A stretch of DNA of 62,897 nt, filler included, from Octopus bimaculoides (GCF_001194135.2; 6 parts of 6 records of this genome joined end to end with filler, not necessarily neighbours in it), one strand, 5' to 3'. Shown: positions 1 through 13,645, counted from the whole stretch's first letter. Translations and numbers: made by a program. Notes: generated by a model not told the origin, from the letters alone.

Positions 1-36
1 TTTTTTTTTTTTTTTTTTATTGATTGTCTTTATTAG

Positions 37-138
37 TTATTGTGACTCCATCGCCGTCATCTCCTTCTTCTCCATCTTCTGGAGTGACACAGCTTTCCTA
101 CAAACGTCGTGCCAGTGCTGGCAGCCTTCTGCTTGTTG
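37..138 (+). CDS. Candidate CLASP linker exon (Ser/Pro-rich, ..IVTPSPSSPSSPSSGVTQLSYKRRASAGSLLLV)
   Basis: Poly-T tract and tttattAG acceptor at 35-36, GTAAGC donor at 139. 102 nt, phase 1-1, open frame. Phase matches the exon at 8345. No homology I can recognise. Confidence 0.45.
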
Positions 139-3100
139 GTAAGCTCCTCCAAAATAGCATGTCTTCTAGTGTGTGCTCCTTTAGTGTGGACTGCTTGCTC
201 ACTTCGTCGTTTCATGCTCTCAAATCAAGAGATGAGGTCAGCAGTTATCATGAGGTACATATACAAAATTATAGTTAATGCTGTTTTGTCTTGCCTTTCA
301 GGATAACCAGTAATGATGTGGACTCTGGTTTTGCTCCCATCTCTTAATCAGCATGTTTCATTTACTATGAAACTTAACATTTCACTTTCTAATTATGATG
401 TGCATTGTTATTAGTATAGGATTGTAAATGTGAACTAAAATGATTCATTTTTCTTTTTGTTTTCCCTTCCACTTTTGTGCCTTCAAGATTGTACTTCTAT
501 ATAAATGTTCAGACAGAACATATGATTTTTGCTATTTATTTTGTCATGTTTGTGAATGTATGTGTGCGCGTGTGTGTGTGCGCGCGTAAAATGTAAAATT
601 TGTCCCCCCCACCACCAATAATGTTTTACTAACACAGTTAGTATGCCATTGCAGTTATATCATTTTGTAAGATGTTATTTCTAGTGTATAGATCGTTGGT
701 TAATTTTGAGAATTTCTATTGTGATGCTTGATGTTATTTTTCAGCGGAATTTTTTAACAAAATAAAATACAGACAATTTCGAGGAAATTTTACTGGAAAT
801 GTTCCAGACTGACTAAAGTAGCATGAGATTTTTTTTTTTTTTGAGTTGTGATATTATGTGTGTTTGTAAAGTGCAGGATCTGTTTTCCTGAAGAGAATAA
901 AAAAATTTCCTTTATTAACCCTTTTGTGACTACATTTCCAGTGAGTAGACATCCTAAATGTTTCAGTTGAGAATATCTGTAACTTATATATTAGTATGGT
1001 GTCAACCAGTGAAACGTTTTCATCAAAATTTTCATTTCAAATATGATGAACACTTTTAGTGTGGGCAGCCTCAGATGTTTTGGTATTAAAAAGGTTAACC
1101 CAGTTTAGTTTTGTTTCTTTGTTGAAGTTAATTTGATTGCTTACATCACTAATGCTCCTGAAAAAATAATGCATGTCACAAACTCTCATTCTGCTCTCCT
1201 GTAATAAATTTGTTCCCATTTCATCTAAGTGGAATGCTAGTCATAAGACCAAATCTGACAAGCCAAAGACAAAGGACCTAAAAATCAGAATGCTGAAAAG
1301 CTTGTAAGGCCAAATCTTCAAACCATTACGAGATTTTGAAATATTTTAGTGGGAAGAAATGTGGGAAACAATCTTAAGAGTTTTTTTAATTTTATTTTAA
1401 AAAAAGAAATAAACATATTAACTATTATGTTAGAATAACAAAAGCAAGCAAGATATGGTGGGTCCCCCTCCAATAGAAAGAAAAAGTGGATTACAATGTC
1501 AAAAACATGAGTGCAAACTTTATTTATTGAATACTTCAACTCTTTAAATACTTTTCGTTCTGGAATAGTTTTTTTTTTTTTGTCTTTATAACAAATATAT
1601 AAACAAATGAAATGCTTGAAAGACCAAATATTATTTGTCAATATTATGAAGTAAAAGAACGAAGGCAAAAGGTGATAAGCAAGTGCACGAGTCTATTGTA
1701 ATTCAACTTTTTAATCATTTTCTAGGTTTATGTTTAGAGAGAATTTAAAGGACAAAATATTCAGTAAATAAGCTAAAGTTTTTTTTGCTTATTTCTTTAA
1801 TATGTTCATATAATACACTTGTCGTTGTCATCATTGTTTTCTAAGTAAATACACTCACTATATCTCATTCACCTTTGTTATTTTGACAGCATGAAAAAGG
1901 AACAAAAATTGAGTGTTACATATTTCTCAAATAAACTCTATTTTAAAACTGTGAATAAATGCTTTCAAGGCCATTTTTCTCCTTAGTTCTCCCTGAAATA
2001 GTTATTTTGAAGTGGCATAATATAAAGAGTAAATATATTATGTTTCATAAATAAGTTCCAACTACTAACCTCACAAGAATTTTTGTCCATGCACTGTTGT
2101 TGTTTTGCTTTAAATCACATCTGATCAAGTCGACTATAATCAAAAGGCATTCTTGCCACAACATAGGATATTTAGGATTGTATTGTTTGAAGATGGCGGA
2201 ATTGATTTGAAGGAGATTTGGCTGCTATTTCTAGAAGGTCATATAGGCTCCCTAGTTGTTTCTCACATCAGCATAGGTTTTCACTACAACTTCCTCTTTA
2301 AGATGCTATCTCATAGACTCTGTTTCTCTCTTTCTCATTTCTGAAATTTCCTGTTAGATTGCTCCTTTTCAGTGTGCATCATAGTGTCTGCCTTCAGCCA
2401 CAATCACATCTCCCATGCACTTCTTTATGTCAACAAACAACCAACTTCTAATTTTCCCACTCCAAGAAGACCTGCTATTGCTTTTCACTTCTCTTCAACC
2501 TTTCTTGTATAGGCATCATCCACAGGAAACCTAGACACATCAGTCTTGAACTGCTTCCATCATCAGAAACCTTGAAAACATTCTCTTCTGAATTCTTCAG
2601 AGTCTTCAGCATAACTAAAATACATTCACTACACGTTTCAAGAAGACTCTGTAAACACTCATTTAAAATCCTGAAACTTGCTACAAGTATCTGCTTGTTG
2701 TAATGTATAATCATTTATGATGAATACACATGATATTGCCTAAAGGCTGACTCTCTTTAAAGCACAAATGTAACCCACATTAGAGTATGACTTAAATAAG
2801 ACAGGCATTCTACTATAGAAATTATCTAATGATATACAGGTGTCTAAATTTGCAATGTTAAACCATCTTTCATGGGTTACACATTTAAGAGACCTTCAAA
2901 ATATGACACAGGTTTTGTTTTAGCTGACTGACATTTTGACTAATTCTGAACCTTGGATATTCTGCTAGAATTGGTCATTAACAGTCTATAAATGATAAGT
3001 TTAATAAATGTTATAATATTTTTGAGACATTTCATCTTTTCATTCATTTGATGTTATTGGTAGAGAGACTTCATTTTAGATGTAACATAATCTTCATTTT

Positions 3101-3276
3101 GAAAACTGTCATTGTATATAAAGCAATTAATCAGTTTGGGTCGTTTTGTCTTTGTCAAACCTCTTTTAAGAAAAGAGGTTCTATTTTCATCTTGCTCAAA
3201 TGTTGGCAACTGGAATAATTTATTGATCTTATCTCAGTTTGTATTTCACACATGGCATTATCTATGACAGACTATA

Positions 3277-3278
<2 letters not shown>

Positions 3279-3323
<45 letters not shown>
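3279..3323. repeat. (TA)n microsatellite
   Basis: Direct reading. Confidence 0.95.
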
Positions 3324-3325
<2 letters not shown>

Positions 3326-6300
3326 TCAGGCAAAAACTTATCTATAGGATGGTTTATATTAGAATATTTTAGTATATAGTCACAATGGTGGTATGCAAAT
3401 CAGTGTATACGAATCAGTATGGATTGTAATAAGAATTAAGTAGTAGGAAAATCAAGGAATCAATAACAAAAAGTAATTTGAATCCCAGACTAAAGGGTGA
3501 TGGTCATCAGTGGATTAATAATTAAAATTGTGTGTACATTTTTGTATCCACAAATGAAACATAGTTTTATATTATATAAGCTTAACAAGAAGTGAAGTGT
3601 TTTCATTATTATTGCATCAGGTTTTCATATATTAACCCTGATGCTTTTTATAGATGATGTTAGAGAGAGGGGGGGTGCGAGTGGGGGAAGCTTAGTCATT
3701 ATCTCAGCCTGTATTTTGTTAGCTTGCAATTATCCACTATTTCTACTGTTGACAGTTTGACATTAATTTTAATATGTGAGGCTTTTTTTGGTTTTCCTAA
3801 TCTGTCTTGCTGTTTTGTTTTTAATGTTTGACTCTTGTAAGAAATGTTGATATGTTGATAATTGAAGTTCTGCTTCAAGGGGCTAGGGGTGTAAAAATTA
3901 GGATTTAAGGGGGGGAGGGTATTTTAAGCTACTATTAGATAATAACATTCCCACCTTTTGAGACAAGTTATCACAACGACTGATGGTTCTCCATTTTGCT
4001 TTCTTTCATTTACACAAAATTTCCATCAGTTTTTATCTCTGTTTTTGAATCGTTGCTGCTTTTTTCTGAATGCTTGGATTTGAACTTGGAATATCATAAT
4101 CCACTGAGCATCTAGAATTATTTATGCAGTTTTAGGATATTAACTTCAGAATAAAAAGTTTTGAATAGTACAACAATCCACTATCATACAAACAATGGGT
4201 TATATACCTGTTGTAATTTAGTCATCCATAGATTATGGATGGCAACAAGTATATAGCCCATTTTATTTTTTTACAAACAATACACAATGCTTCAAGTGAA
4301 CTACAATACTCTCATATTAACTTCAGTTTTACTGCAATGGTAGCTCTATGGAGTTAAACTCAATGATTGAGCTATCATTAAGTGCTACAAACATTTGATT
4401 CTTCTGAGTTTTATAATGGAATCTTCATTATATCTATTTTACCATTTATGATTCTAATATTTCATCCTCCTTGAGGGTTTTTTGATGTTTTTTTATCTAA
4501 TGTGGTGACAGGACCTTCTGTAAATGCAGTGAGGACTGAACATGGTCTCTATTTTTTGTATCAACCTAACAGTTAATGGTGGTTTAATTCCTAATCTGAA
4601 TGTGGTCACAAGTTTTATATGACTGACTGGATATTGGCATTATAAATAACCACAATAGAGACTCAAAAATCCAACCGGCATTATATGAATTCACTGCTGA
4701 TTGCAGTTGTCCTGTAGATAATGTCTGTTTGTCAACAGATAGTGTCTGTTGAAAATCAGTAATCTGAGAACTGACTTTTAGCTCAGTATGAATGTTGTTG
4801 TTATTTTAAAAATGAACTTAAGTATACTAAAAAAGTATAGGTTGTATCATGTGCTTTATTTTGAAGGGACTGTTTTCTTGGACACTTAACATTCTCTGAG
4901 TTTTGTCTCTCTTGTGAATGTGTTTGGAAATGTTCCTTCTCCTCATGCTACGGTTGGTTTGTCTGGATTGTCTTTCCTCTCTTAGATATAATATCTTTAT
5001 TACATCCAAAGTGTCTTGTAGTCCTAAAGAGGCCCTCAAAGGATTTGGACATTAATATTCTTCAATTTGAAATACAAGTTTGAAACTCAAGTTCAGACAG
5101 AGTTAATTTACATTATTCAGGAATAAAATAATTAACGATTAGAGATTGAACTGATTGAAACGTGTAAATGGAGTTTAATACTCTAGAAAACTTAAGTTAC
5201 AGAGTAATATTTGGGTGAAATCTTTTCTATTTGTGAATTTAGTGTAAACATTTTGTGTGTGATCTTAAATAGTGCGTTTTTTATTACAGCAGTCTAGCCA
5301 GGTTAATGTAGAAAAGTGATCCAAGTAAATGATGCGTTTAAGTTTGTTACTGTGCTCGCAAACTTGAATGGTTGTTTGAGCTATCCGTGCCTTCGGTTTT
5401 TTGCTTTTGCTGCTGTGATATTGATGTCAGATGCATTCTCAGTATGCTTATCATGGCTGCATGGATTTATAAAATTACATGAATTGTACTAAATTATCTT
5501 CGTTTCACTTGGTAGTTGGGAAATAATATTGCAATGAACAATAAAACAGTTTTTTTCTAAATCCATGTATTTATTTGAAATTTTTTTGAGCTTTGATTTA
5601 AGATTATGAAATTTTGCTAAAAGTTTGAGCTATCAGTATTTATGTGATTAATATAAAAGTCATTAGTATGGTACAAGGCCATAAATTTGGTAAGAGGGCA
5701 TATTTGAATAGACTGCCTCCAGTATTTAGCTGGTATTTTATTAATTATGGAAGGTTGAAAAATTGTCAGCTATGATGGAATTTGAATTGAGAATGTAAAA
5801 ATACATAGCTAAATCCTGCAAAATATTTTATTGTGCACTTTACTTACTTGGCTACATTTGTTATATTTAGACTTAATTACAGAATCAATCATTTGTAATA
5901 AGTTTCGTAATGTGATAATATTCATAGTTTCATCTTTAACTTTTGTAATCATGTTTTTTTGTTATCCAGTTTTTAATGTTTGTTGTTTGTGCACATTTTT
6001 CATGATCCATTCTCATTCTTACTTGGTTCTGTCATACAACATTGCTACTCAGTGTGGTCCTTTGTGAGAGTGTTACAAAGCAATCTGATGTTCAGTTTGA
6101 TTGATTTACCAATTCCCAGTCACCAATCATTATCAAAGTCAACCAGGTGCATTTGTTATGACACCAACGACACCAGAGGGGTTATCTTTCAGGAGGAAGA
6201 GATTTCTCAGTTCAGGATCAGTTTCATCTTGGAATGATTGTCTTCCTAGATATGTTACTTGTTATATGAGCACCCATCTCTCTGTTGTGTAATTGCATGG

Positions 6301-6639
6301 GAAGTTTACCTCACATAACAACATAATGATGAGTTTATTTAAAGTACCCATCCTTCTAGAGCAGATGCCTTCATGTCTACTGAGGAGAGAGATCAGCCTA
6401 AGAAGTATCCTTCTACATAAGACAGTAAGGCAAACAGTAACCATGATGAATGCCTTAGTATCTTAAGCATGGTGGTGTTCATACTGCTTCAGCTGCTAAC
6501 TAGAGGTTGAACTTCCAAGACTGGAGTTGAAACCAGTTAAAAACACAGAACATAAAATCAGAGACAACACAATCTGAATTGATTTAACATGAGCAGTGGT
6601 GACTTGAAGTCTCTTACTTTATGGACATTGACATTTACA

Positions 6640-6790
6640 TTCTGTAGTGGTTGGCATTAGGAAGGGCATCCAGCCATAGAAACCGTGCTGAAACAGACAT
6701 TGAAGCCTGGTGCAGCTCTTGGCTTTACTAGCTCCTGTCAAACCATCCAACCCATGCCAGCATGGAAAATGGGCGTTAAATGATGATGAT
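6640..6790 (+). mobile_element. 3' part of an interspersed SINE/LINE-tail family ending ..catggaaa..cgttaaa(tga)n
   Basis: Same sequence recurs at ~12110-12205 (partial), 18280-18480, 29560-29820 and inverted at 61878-62150. Confidence 0.8.
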
Positions 6791-6929
6791 GAATGTGTTG
6801 GACAGTGGGTGATTTGCCAAGAACAGAAAACAAACCAGAGACAGGAAATTTATGGCCGAAGTAGTGTTGTTTACATTCAAGACATTATGGTGAATGCAAG
6901 GCAGGAGTAGCTTAGAGCAAAAGTGTGTA

Positions 6930-7200
6930 GAGTGTATGTGTTTGATACGAAGTAAGTAGATGGGTGATGGGGTTGGTATTAATGGGCAGGAAGAAACAAA
7001 AGAGAAGAATGAGTTTGGTATATGATGGTGGATATAAGTTGTTGGGGGTCAACGTTTTGAAGTTGAGGAATTGTAGGTATCAGATTGGCATAACCACTAC
7101 AGCATTACTCTTATTGGCTGGTTTGATAAACGATGTTGTGCTGGTGTTGAAGGCAATGGGTGCAGCAAGCTTCTGTACCCCCGACTGATAAATGCTGTCT
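6930..7200 (-). mobile_element. Degenerate Penelope-like RT fragment
   Basis: Translation FIKPANKSNAVVVM resembles the Penelope IKPADKGxAVVVM motif; followed by a stop. Confidence 0.5.
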
Positions 7201-8344
7201 TGTGCATTTCGACCCACACAACCCATCCGCCTCACACTCATACTTGTTATAACCCTGCGTACAATAAACAGACGTGTACACATGGGCATACAATATCTAT
7301 ATGCAAACTCATACACAATGTGTATGTGTGTGCGTGTGTTTACCTGCATTTATCTACTCTGTGTGTATGAGTGCACATGCATGAATACACTATTTACATA
7401 TTTTAAATACCTGGCACCATACCCCCTCCCCTCTTCACCAATCTGTCTGATCTCTCTTACCTCTATCCCTCTGCTTTAGACTTTGGGCTATAAAACATCA
7501 TTCTACTCACTTGTATTCAGTCCACTTCCATTTTCCATTCACCATTCTAGTTTTGATGTAAACAACCTGCAGCCTTCTGTCCCATCATTTTTTTTTTTTT
7601 TTTGGTTCCCAACAGAGAACCACTGTCTGAAACATTGAATTCACCTTTTATTTTTTGTTCAACTGTAATTATATACTTCATACTCATGTTTGTTGTTCTT
7701 TTTGATTTTTTTTCCCTGAGATTTTTTGAAGTGTTAAATATTTAAATTCCAGAAATTATATAAAACAAACAAACAAAAGCTTTAGANNNNNNNNNNNNNN
7801 NNNNNNNNNNNNNNNNNNNNNNNNNNNNNNNNNNNNNNNNNNNNNNNNNNNNNNNNNNNNNNNNNNNNNNNNNNNNNNNNNNNNNNNNNNNNNNNNNNNN
7901 NNNNNNNNNNNNNNNNNNNNNNNNNNNNNNNNNNNNNNNNNNNNNNNNNNNNNNNNNNNNNNNNNNNNNNNNNNNNNNNNNNNNNNNNNNNNNNNNNNNN
8001 NNNNNNNNNNNNNNNNNNNNNNNNNNNNNNNNNNNNNNNNNNNNNNNNNNNNNNNNNNNNNNNNNNNNNNNNNNNNNNNNNNNNNNNNNNNNNNNNNNNN
8101 NNNNNNNNNNNNNNNNNNNNNNNNNNNNNNNNNNNNNNNNNNNNNNNNNNNNNNNNNNNNNNNNNNNNNNNNNNNNNNNNNNNNNNNNNNNNNNNNNNNN
8201 NNNAAAAAAAAAAAAAAAAAAAAATTAATATTTAAATTTATTTTTCCTCAGAATGCTGATATGTCTTTGTCGAAGAATATTATTAAGAGCCTCTTTTGTT
8301 AGACTTGTTTTCTAGCTAAATCAATTCTTGTGTTTATTTTACAG

Positions 8345-8421
8345 CAAGGCAAGAAAGCAGCGCTGGTGCAGTTGATGAAGATTTATTTATAAATTCATTT
8401 GAAGATGTTACTAAAGTTCAG
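8345..8421 (+). CDS. CLASP: CLASP exon: (A)RQESSAGAVDEDLFINSFEDVTKVQ
   Basis: ttttacAG / GTAATC splice sites. Matches the CLASP pre-TOG2 motif GAGAVDEDDFIKAFTDVP. Confidence 0.93.
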
Positions 8422-9396
8422 GTAATCATGTAATTTCCTCATTTACTTTTCATTGAATCTTGAAAATAATCTACATTCAATCAATGGATAGTTGTTGCTG
8501 CAGATAGCATTTGAAGTGAACCTCCTCTCCATCTCTCTCAAATGATGGAAGTGAATAACTCTGTTCTCTCACAGTTGCTTTTTCATTCACTGTTTTTATT
8601 TACAATAATCTCAAAATAATCATACTAGTTGGTTTCACTCATTTACTTATTTATTTAATTTTTCTTTTTCTGAAATTTTCGTTGCTTCTTGCAACCTCTT
8701 TGATAATTGTTGACTCTGTCCGTTATCAGAGCTGCGTTCTTTTTGTCTGTTTGTTTGTGTGCATGTGTGTGTGTGTGTGCAGGAAGCAATGAAAATTTCA
8801 GGGGAAGGGGGAGTAAATGAGTGGAAATTGAACCTGTGAATGTGTTAATTAATAAGGCATTAAAAGAGAATGACTCTCCTCAGACACAACAAAATATGCT
8901 TCAACACACGAATTCTTTTGTTAGACTTGTTTTCTAGCTAAATCAAAGATGAAATAAAATAAACTTTGGCCAAGCTAGCAAGATGCTGAAGGACATTGTG
9001 TTCTGCTGTCTAAAAATCAAAATAACTACCTGACAGCTCCACTTCATTAAAGCATATTAGTTATTGTCTTACAGAGAGTTGAAACCTATTGACATTTCGT
9101 GTATTTTTTGGCGGTAAGCATGGCTAAATAGTTTCCCCCTTTAATGTTGTGCAAGTTGATTTGTTTGAAGCAGAAGTTTTAATCTTTGTGACATTAATTT
9201 GTGACATTCTCTTCTTTCTTTAAATTTGTTACATTCCTTTGTGTGTGTTTGTGGGTGCCTGTAACACCAATTTCTACAATACCTTCATGAAATCTGCCAT
9301 TGAAGATATCCATGGTAAAAGGGACACGAGCACTGAATGTGTAGGGTCTGCAGAAGTTGGAGAGAAGTGAGCTGAGCACAATCCTTGGATAATTAA

Positions 9397-9621
9397 CCCT
9401 TTTAGCATTTAAACTGGCCATATCTGTCTCAAATATTCTGCTTGTTTTATATTGAAATCCACCAGATCTGGCCTCTCACACTTACCCTACAGAATCTAAA
9501 AATTCTAAAAATAAAAATCACTTCATTCAAATCTCAAAGCTATGAGATGATGCAGGATCAATTCCAAACAATATGAATAAATAAGCATTACATTTGTCAG
9601 AGAAATCTGAGTGCTAAAGGG
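9397..9621. mobile_element. piggyBac-like MITE
   Basis: TTAA|CCCTTTTAGCA ... TGCTAAAGGG|TGAA terminal inverted repeats with a TTAA-type flank. Confidence 0.55.
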
Positions 9622-9889
9622 TGAACGTATGTGCAAAAGATTTGTTGAGTTGTGCAGAGATGCAACTGTAATTTGAATGGATGATGTGTGTTCAATACAG
9701 AAAGCACCATATTCTGTCAATTGTGGAAAAGAAAGGCCAAGTAGGAAACAAGAAGTTAGATGTCAGGAAATTGGGTTTTATAGAAAAGGTAACTGAAGAT
9801 AATGTGTGCTGATTGATAAATCCATTCAACTTAGACCAGCATTGATAAACGTTTTAAAATGATAATTTGTTTTTCTTTTTTGTCTGCAG

Positions 9890-9982
9890 ATTTATTCTTG
9901 TAAAGATATTCAAACCCACTTCTCTAAAATTAAAGATACTCTTGGTGACAGCAATCACGATTGGGAAAAAAGAGTTGAATCT
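9890..9982 (+). CDS. CLASP: CLASP exon: IYSCKDIQTHFSKIKDTLGDSNHDWEKRVES (TOG2 start)
   Basis: tctgcAG / GTAAGA, phase 0-0. IYS..HDWEKR matches CLASP IYSS..HDWEQR. Confidence 0.95.
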
Positions 9983-10635
9983 GTAAGATATTAAAATATT
10001 TGTCAAATGCCATTGCTATTTAAAAATTTCATTATTGAATCTTAATTCACAATTGTTAATTATATCAAATAAATAAGAAAACTCTTGTAAAGTTCTATGT
10101 TTTATATTACTCTTAAGCCAATGCTTAAATTAATTGCGAGTGAAATGTAGAAGATGCTGACAGACCAAGTACAAATACTTCTTTTCTCATATTAAATGAA
10201 GAATGAAATTTTCGATTAAAATTGTTATTCTAATCAAAAACTGTTGGATTCACTTCACTATTTAAATTTAATTTGCCAAAATATTTTCATTGCTTTGAGA
10301 CCACGACCTGTTCACTGACAAAATTCCGACGAAAATATTTTGGCAAATTAAATTTAAATGTTGAAGTGAATCTAACGGTTTTTGTGTGTTTTAAATGGAT
10401 TATAAACACCTTCCATGCTGCAATTGTTTTCGTTCTAGCACATGATCTTGGATCAGGTCACTTGCTATGCAAGTACATCTGTTATTCTAATGAAATTCTT
10501 ATAAATTTTTCATAAATTTTAAATTTTTCTAATTTTTGGAACAATTGTAGTTTTTAAAAATTGAACGTCATAGGATTGTTTAAAATACTCCTTAGTCTAC
10601 ATTACTTTAATAAAATCGAATTTGTCTTTGTTTAG

Positions 10636-10781
10636 CTTCGTTTAGTGCGAGCATTACTAATAAGCGGAGCTGCAGATTATGAAGACTTTTATTCTATGTT
10701 ACGTACTTTGGAACCAGCTTTTTGCCTTGCTATCAAAGACCTTCGGTCTCAAGTTGTGAGAGAGGCCTGCATCACAACAGC
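10636..10781 (+). CDS. CLASP: CLASP TOG2 exon: LRLVRALLISGAADYEDFYSMLRTLEPAFCLAIKDLRSQVVREACITT(A)
   Basis: tttAG / GTAAGT. Contains the hallmark KDLRSQVVREACIT HEAT motif. Confidence 0.97.
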
Positions 10782-11044
10782 GTAAGTGTTTTATCAGTTA
10801 CAGAAACAATTTAATTTTCAGTCCCCATATTTTCATTTTTGTGAGTTTTCCCCTTTGATTCGCTCTCCTAACATTTAAACATAACATACCACCCTGATAA
10901 CAATTCGCTGGTTTTCCTCAGTCTAAACTCATTCAAGATTTTTAGTTGTTCTCCTATTTATCTCTTTCATAACATTCTCACACAACTTATATTTCTCCAT
11001 TTCTTTTAATTACCCCTGATTTACTTTTTTTTTTGTCTTTTTAG

Positions 11045-11180
11045 CTTTGTCTCCCAGCAGCTTGGAAATAAATGTGATCATTTTGCTGAAGCCCTATTGC
11101 AAAATCTTATTGCTCTAGTATCCAATACTGCCAAAGTAATGGCTACCTCTGGAGCTGTGTGTATACGCTTTCTGATCCAG
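11045..11180 (+). CDS. CLASP: CLASP TOG2 exon: FVSQQLGNKCDHFAEALLQNLIALVSNTAKVMATSG..IRFLIQ
   Basis: tttAG / GTATCT, phase 2 in. LGNKxDH..AKVMATSG CLASP motif. Confidence 0.96.
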
Positions 11181-12321
11181 GTATCTAAGCAGTTTATACT
11201 TTTTAATCCTAAATTGTAAATTCCCATACCAGGGACAATTTTTCACATATTCTAATTTAATTTCAATATTATCTTTTTGTGAGCTTATTTTCTATGGATA
11301 TTTGAAGAATTTGTAAATGTTTGTTAATTTCTATGAAAATAACACTTTTCCTTCTTTGGCAATGTTGAAACTAGTAGTGATATTTGGCACTATTAAAATC
11401 ACACTCAGTCTGTTCAATTAAAAAAAAAAGAAGTTTGTAACTGTCTAAGATTTCTAGTGGTCATGGTTCACACCATCTATCTGCACCTACAAAGTCCCTC
11501 TTCTGGGTGTTGACCTGAGCAAGGTTTTTTTTTTTTTTAAACAGAATAGCAGCAGTCTGCGATATGGCAAGCCGCCCATCTCCATGCTAATGATGCTGTC
11601 CAGTTGAAAAGTGTGGGCTGATAAAGTTTAACGTCAGTTTCTTGGCAGACTAACTTAGAATATAAAGATCTGGAATAAAAACCACAAAGCTAACAATTCT
11701 GCTAACCAAGCAGTCAAGAATGCTAGTTTTTAAGGTCCAGATTTGGCACTGTTATATGAGATCATCACAAAAGATAACCAGAGATTGTATGGTTTAACAT
11801 TTGTAGCAACTTTAGTGCTTATAGTTTTGTCTGTTTATAATGAGAATAAAATGCAAGGCTGTTTCCTTTGATGTATGTAACAGTTGTCTTGATTTTGTTG
11901 AAGAGATTGGATTGTTGAATGAAATTCAGTTATGTGCTCATTAGCATAATACCAGCTAATTATGCAATTTTTAAATTATTTTTCCATCTATAACCAGGTG
12001 AATATAACAAAGCAAAAATTGTTTTTTGTTTGGACAATTAACAGCTTTCTTGACTTATTACATAATGCTGGTTCAGTATTTTTGAGGAATTTTAATAATT
12101 CTTTCTCAAGTAAAAAGCACTGGTGTTGGTGCCACATAAAAAGCACTGGTGCTGGTGCCCCCCCCCCCCCCCAGTATACTTTGTAAAGTGGTTGGCATTA
12201 GGAATGAACAACTTTGTTTACAAGCAGCTTTTTAGTCATTTAACTGTTTAAATATATTTCATGTGATATGATTGTATTGTGAATATTTGAATAAGGTTTT
12301 TATTAAAATGTTCTTTTTCAG

Positions 12322-12392
12322 TTCACTCATTCTTCTAAATTTATTCCTATAATAACTGGCAACTTTTCATCAAAAAATTCCATAATTCGGAG
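12322..12392 (+). CDS. CLASP: CLASP TOG2 exon: FTHSSKFIPIITGNFSSKNSIIR(R)
   Basis: tttttcAG / GTAAGT. Phase consistent with both neighbours; resembles THxPRLIPxITS..SKS..VRR. Confidence 0.92.
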
Positions 12393-12507
12393 GTAAGTGA
12401 TAAATTATATAAAATTTCTGAAAGTATCCCCTGATTAAGATGTTAGCTTTTGTATATAACAACACACACTGTTTTATATTTGATTTTTATTTATTTTTAA
12501 CTTGCAG

Positions 12508-12645
12508 GTTGGTGTGTGAATGTTTGAAACAAATACTCCTCAGTTGGCCAACCCATATTTTAGAGAAACACATTGCAATTTTGCAAGATGCTATAAAAAG
12601 AGGAATCAGTGATCCAGATTCAGAAACTAGGGCACATTCCAGAAA
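12508..12645 (+). CDS. CLASP: CLASP TOG2 exon: LVCECLKQILLSWPTHILEKHIAILQDAIKRGISDPDSETRAHSR(K)
   Basis: ttgcAG / GTAAGT. W.TH.LE.H...IKxGIxDADSEAR motif. Confidence 0.96.
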
Positions 12646-13441
12646 GTAAGTTTTATAGCTTGTAAAAACCAAAATTATGAAGAAATCAATCCAACTGCAA
12701 AGCAAACTATTTACAGGGTTTCAAACTTCATTAAAATGTTGCTGGTTTCAGATCTGGTATTTAATATTCCATAAATTTGCTACTAAAATGTTTTCCAAAG
12801 TTGGTGCAGCAGACACAAGCTAAAATTAATATTAGCTCCCTGAGAGAAAATTGTCAAATTTATTTTCAGAATTAAAAAAAAATTGACGGGGTGGTGGGGG
12901 GGTCTCTTGAATTGTGGGTCAAAAGTTACTAAAACCCAATTACAATTTTATTTTTTTATTCAGAAGTTTCCATATCAGCTGAATATATAAACTCCACTAA
13001 AGGGTTTATAAGTAAAGGCACAATCTTGAGATATCTTGTGATTGTCTGTCAGCAAGCATTTTTCTTTTGCACCAGTTTATCAGAATATGATTGCATTTCA
13101 GTAGTCTGGAGATATTTCATGATCAGAGTTTATTATGTTAAACATTTTTCCATCATCAGTATGAAATAATACTCTACTACCAATAATCATTCATGATGCA
13201 TTTTCATTGTAGTTTTTCTATATTGAAGAATTTACTTTTCCAATATATTGACCATTTTGACCTCACTTCAGCCAATCTCAATTTTATGAAAAGTTTCCCA
13301 CCTATTAACAACCACTTTAAATTTGTCTGATCCTCTAATATTACATTCTTTACAGACATCATTCTTATGCAAACTTTTAATACTTTTAATTGCTTATTAT
13401 TTTCCCATCCAAACACATGTGCTGTAATTTTTCTCCAACAG

Positions 13442-13645
13442 AGCTTATTGGCATTTCGCTACACATTTCCGAGATCAAGCTGACGCACTGCTGAATTCAT
13501 TAGACGTTGGTAAACAAAAAGTCCTCCAAGGGGAGTTAAGTAATTCTTCCAGTAATAATTCTCTAAATAGTGCTGACTCTCTGAAGTTACCTGCATCAAG
13601 GTCACGCTCTGCTAGCCAAGATCGAATAGGTTTTGATTCACTTAC
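13442..13645 (+). CDS. CLASP: CLASP exon, TOG2 end into Ser-rich linker: AYWHFATHFRDQADALLNSLDVGKQKVLQGELSNSSSNNSL..FDSL(T)
   Basis: ctccaacAG / GTAAGT. YW.F..HF..A..L...L motif closing TOG2. Confidence 0.95.

Noticed and set aside
2100-2720. Possible hAT/Buster transposase remnant (KYPMLW) on the minus strand
   Set aside because: One short motif only; too decayed to support a call.
5280-5520. Possible alternative first exon or microexon of CLASP
   Set aside because: Candidate frames hit stops or give the wrong phase for exon 8345.
6324-6385. C/D snoRNA-like ATGATGA..CTGA in a CLASP intron
   Set aside because: No terminal stem and no recognisable rRNA or snRNA guide.
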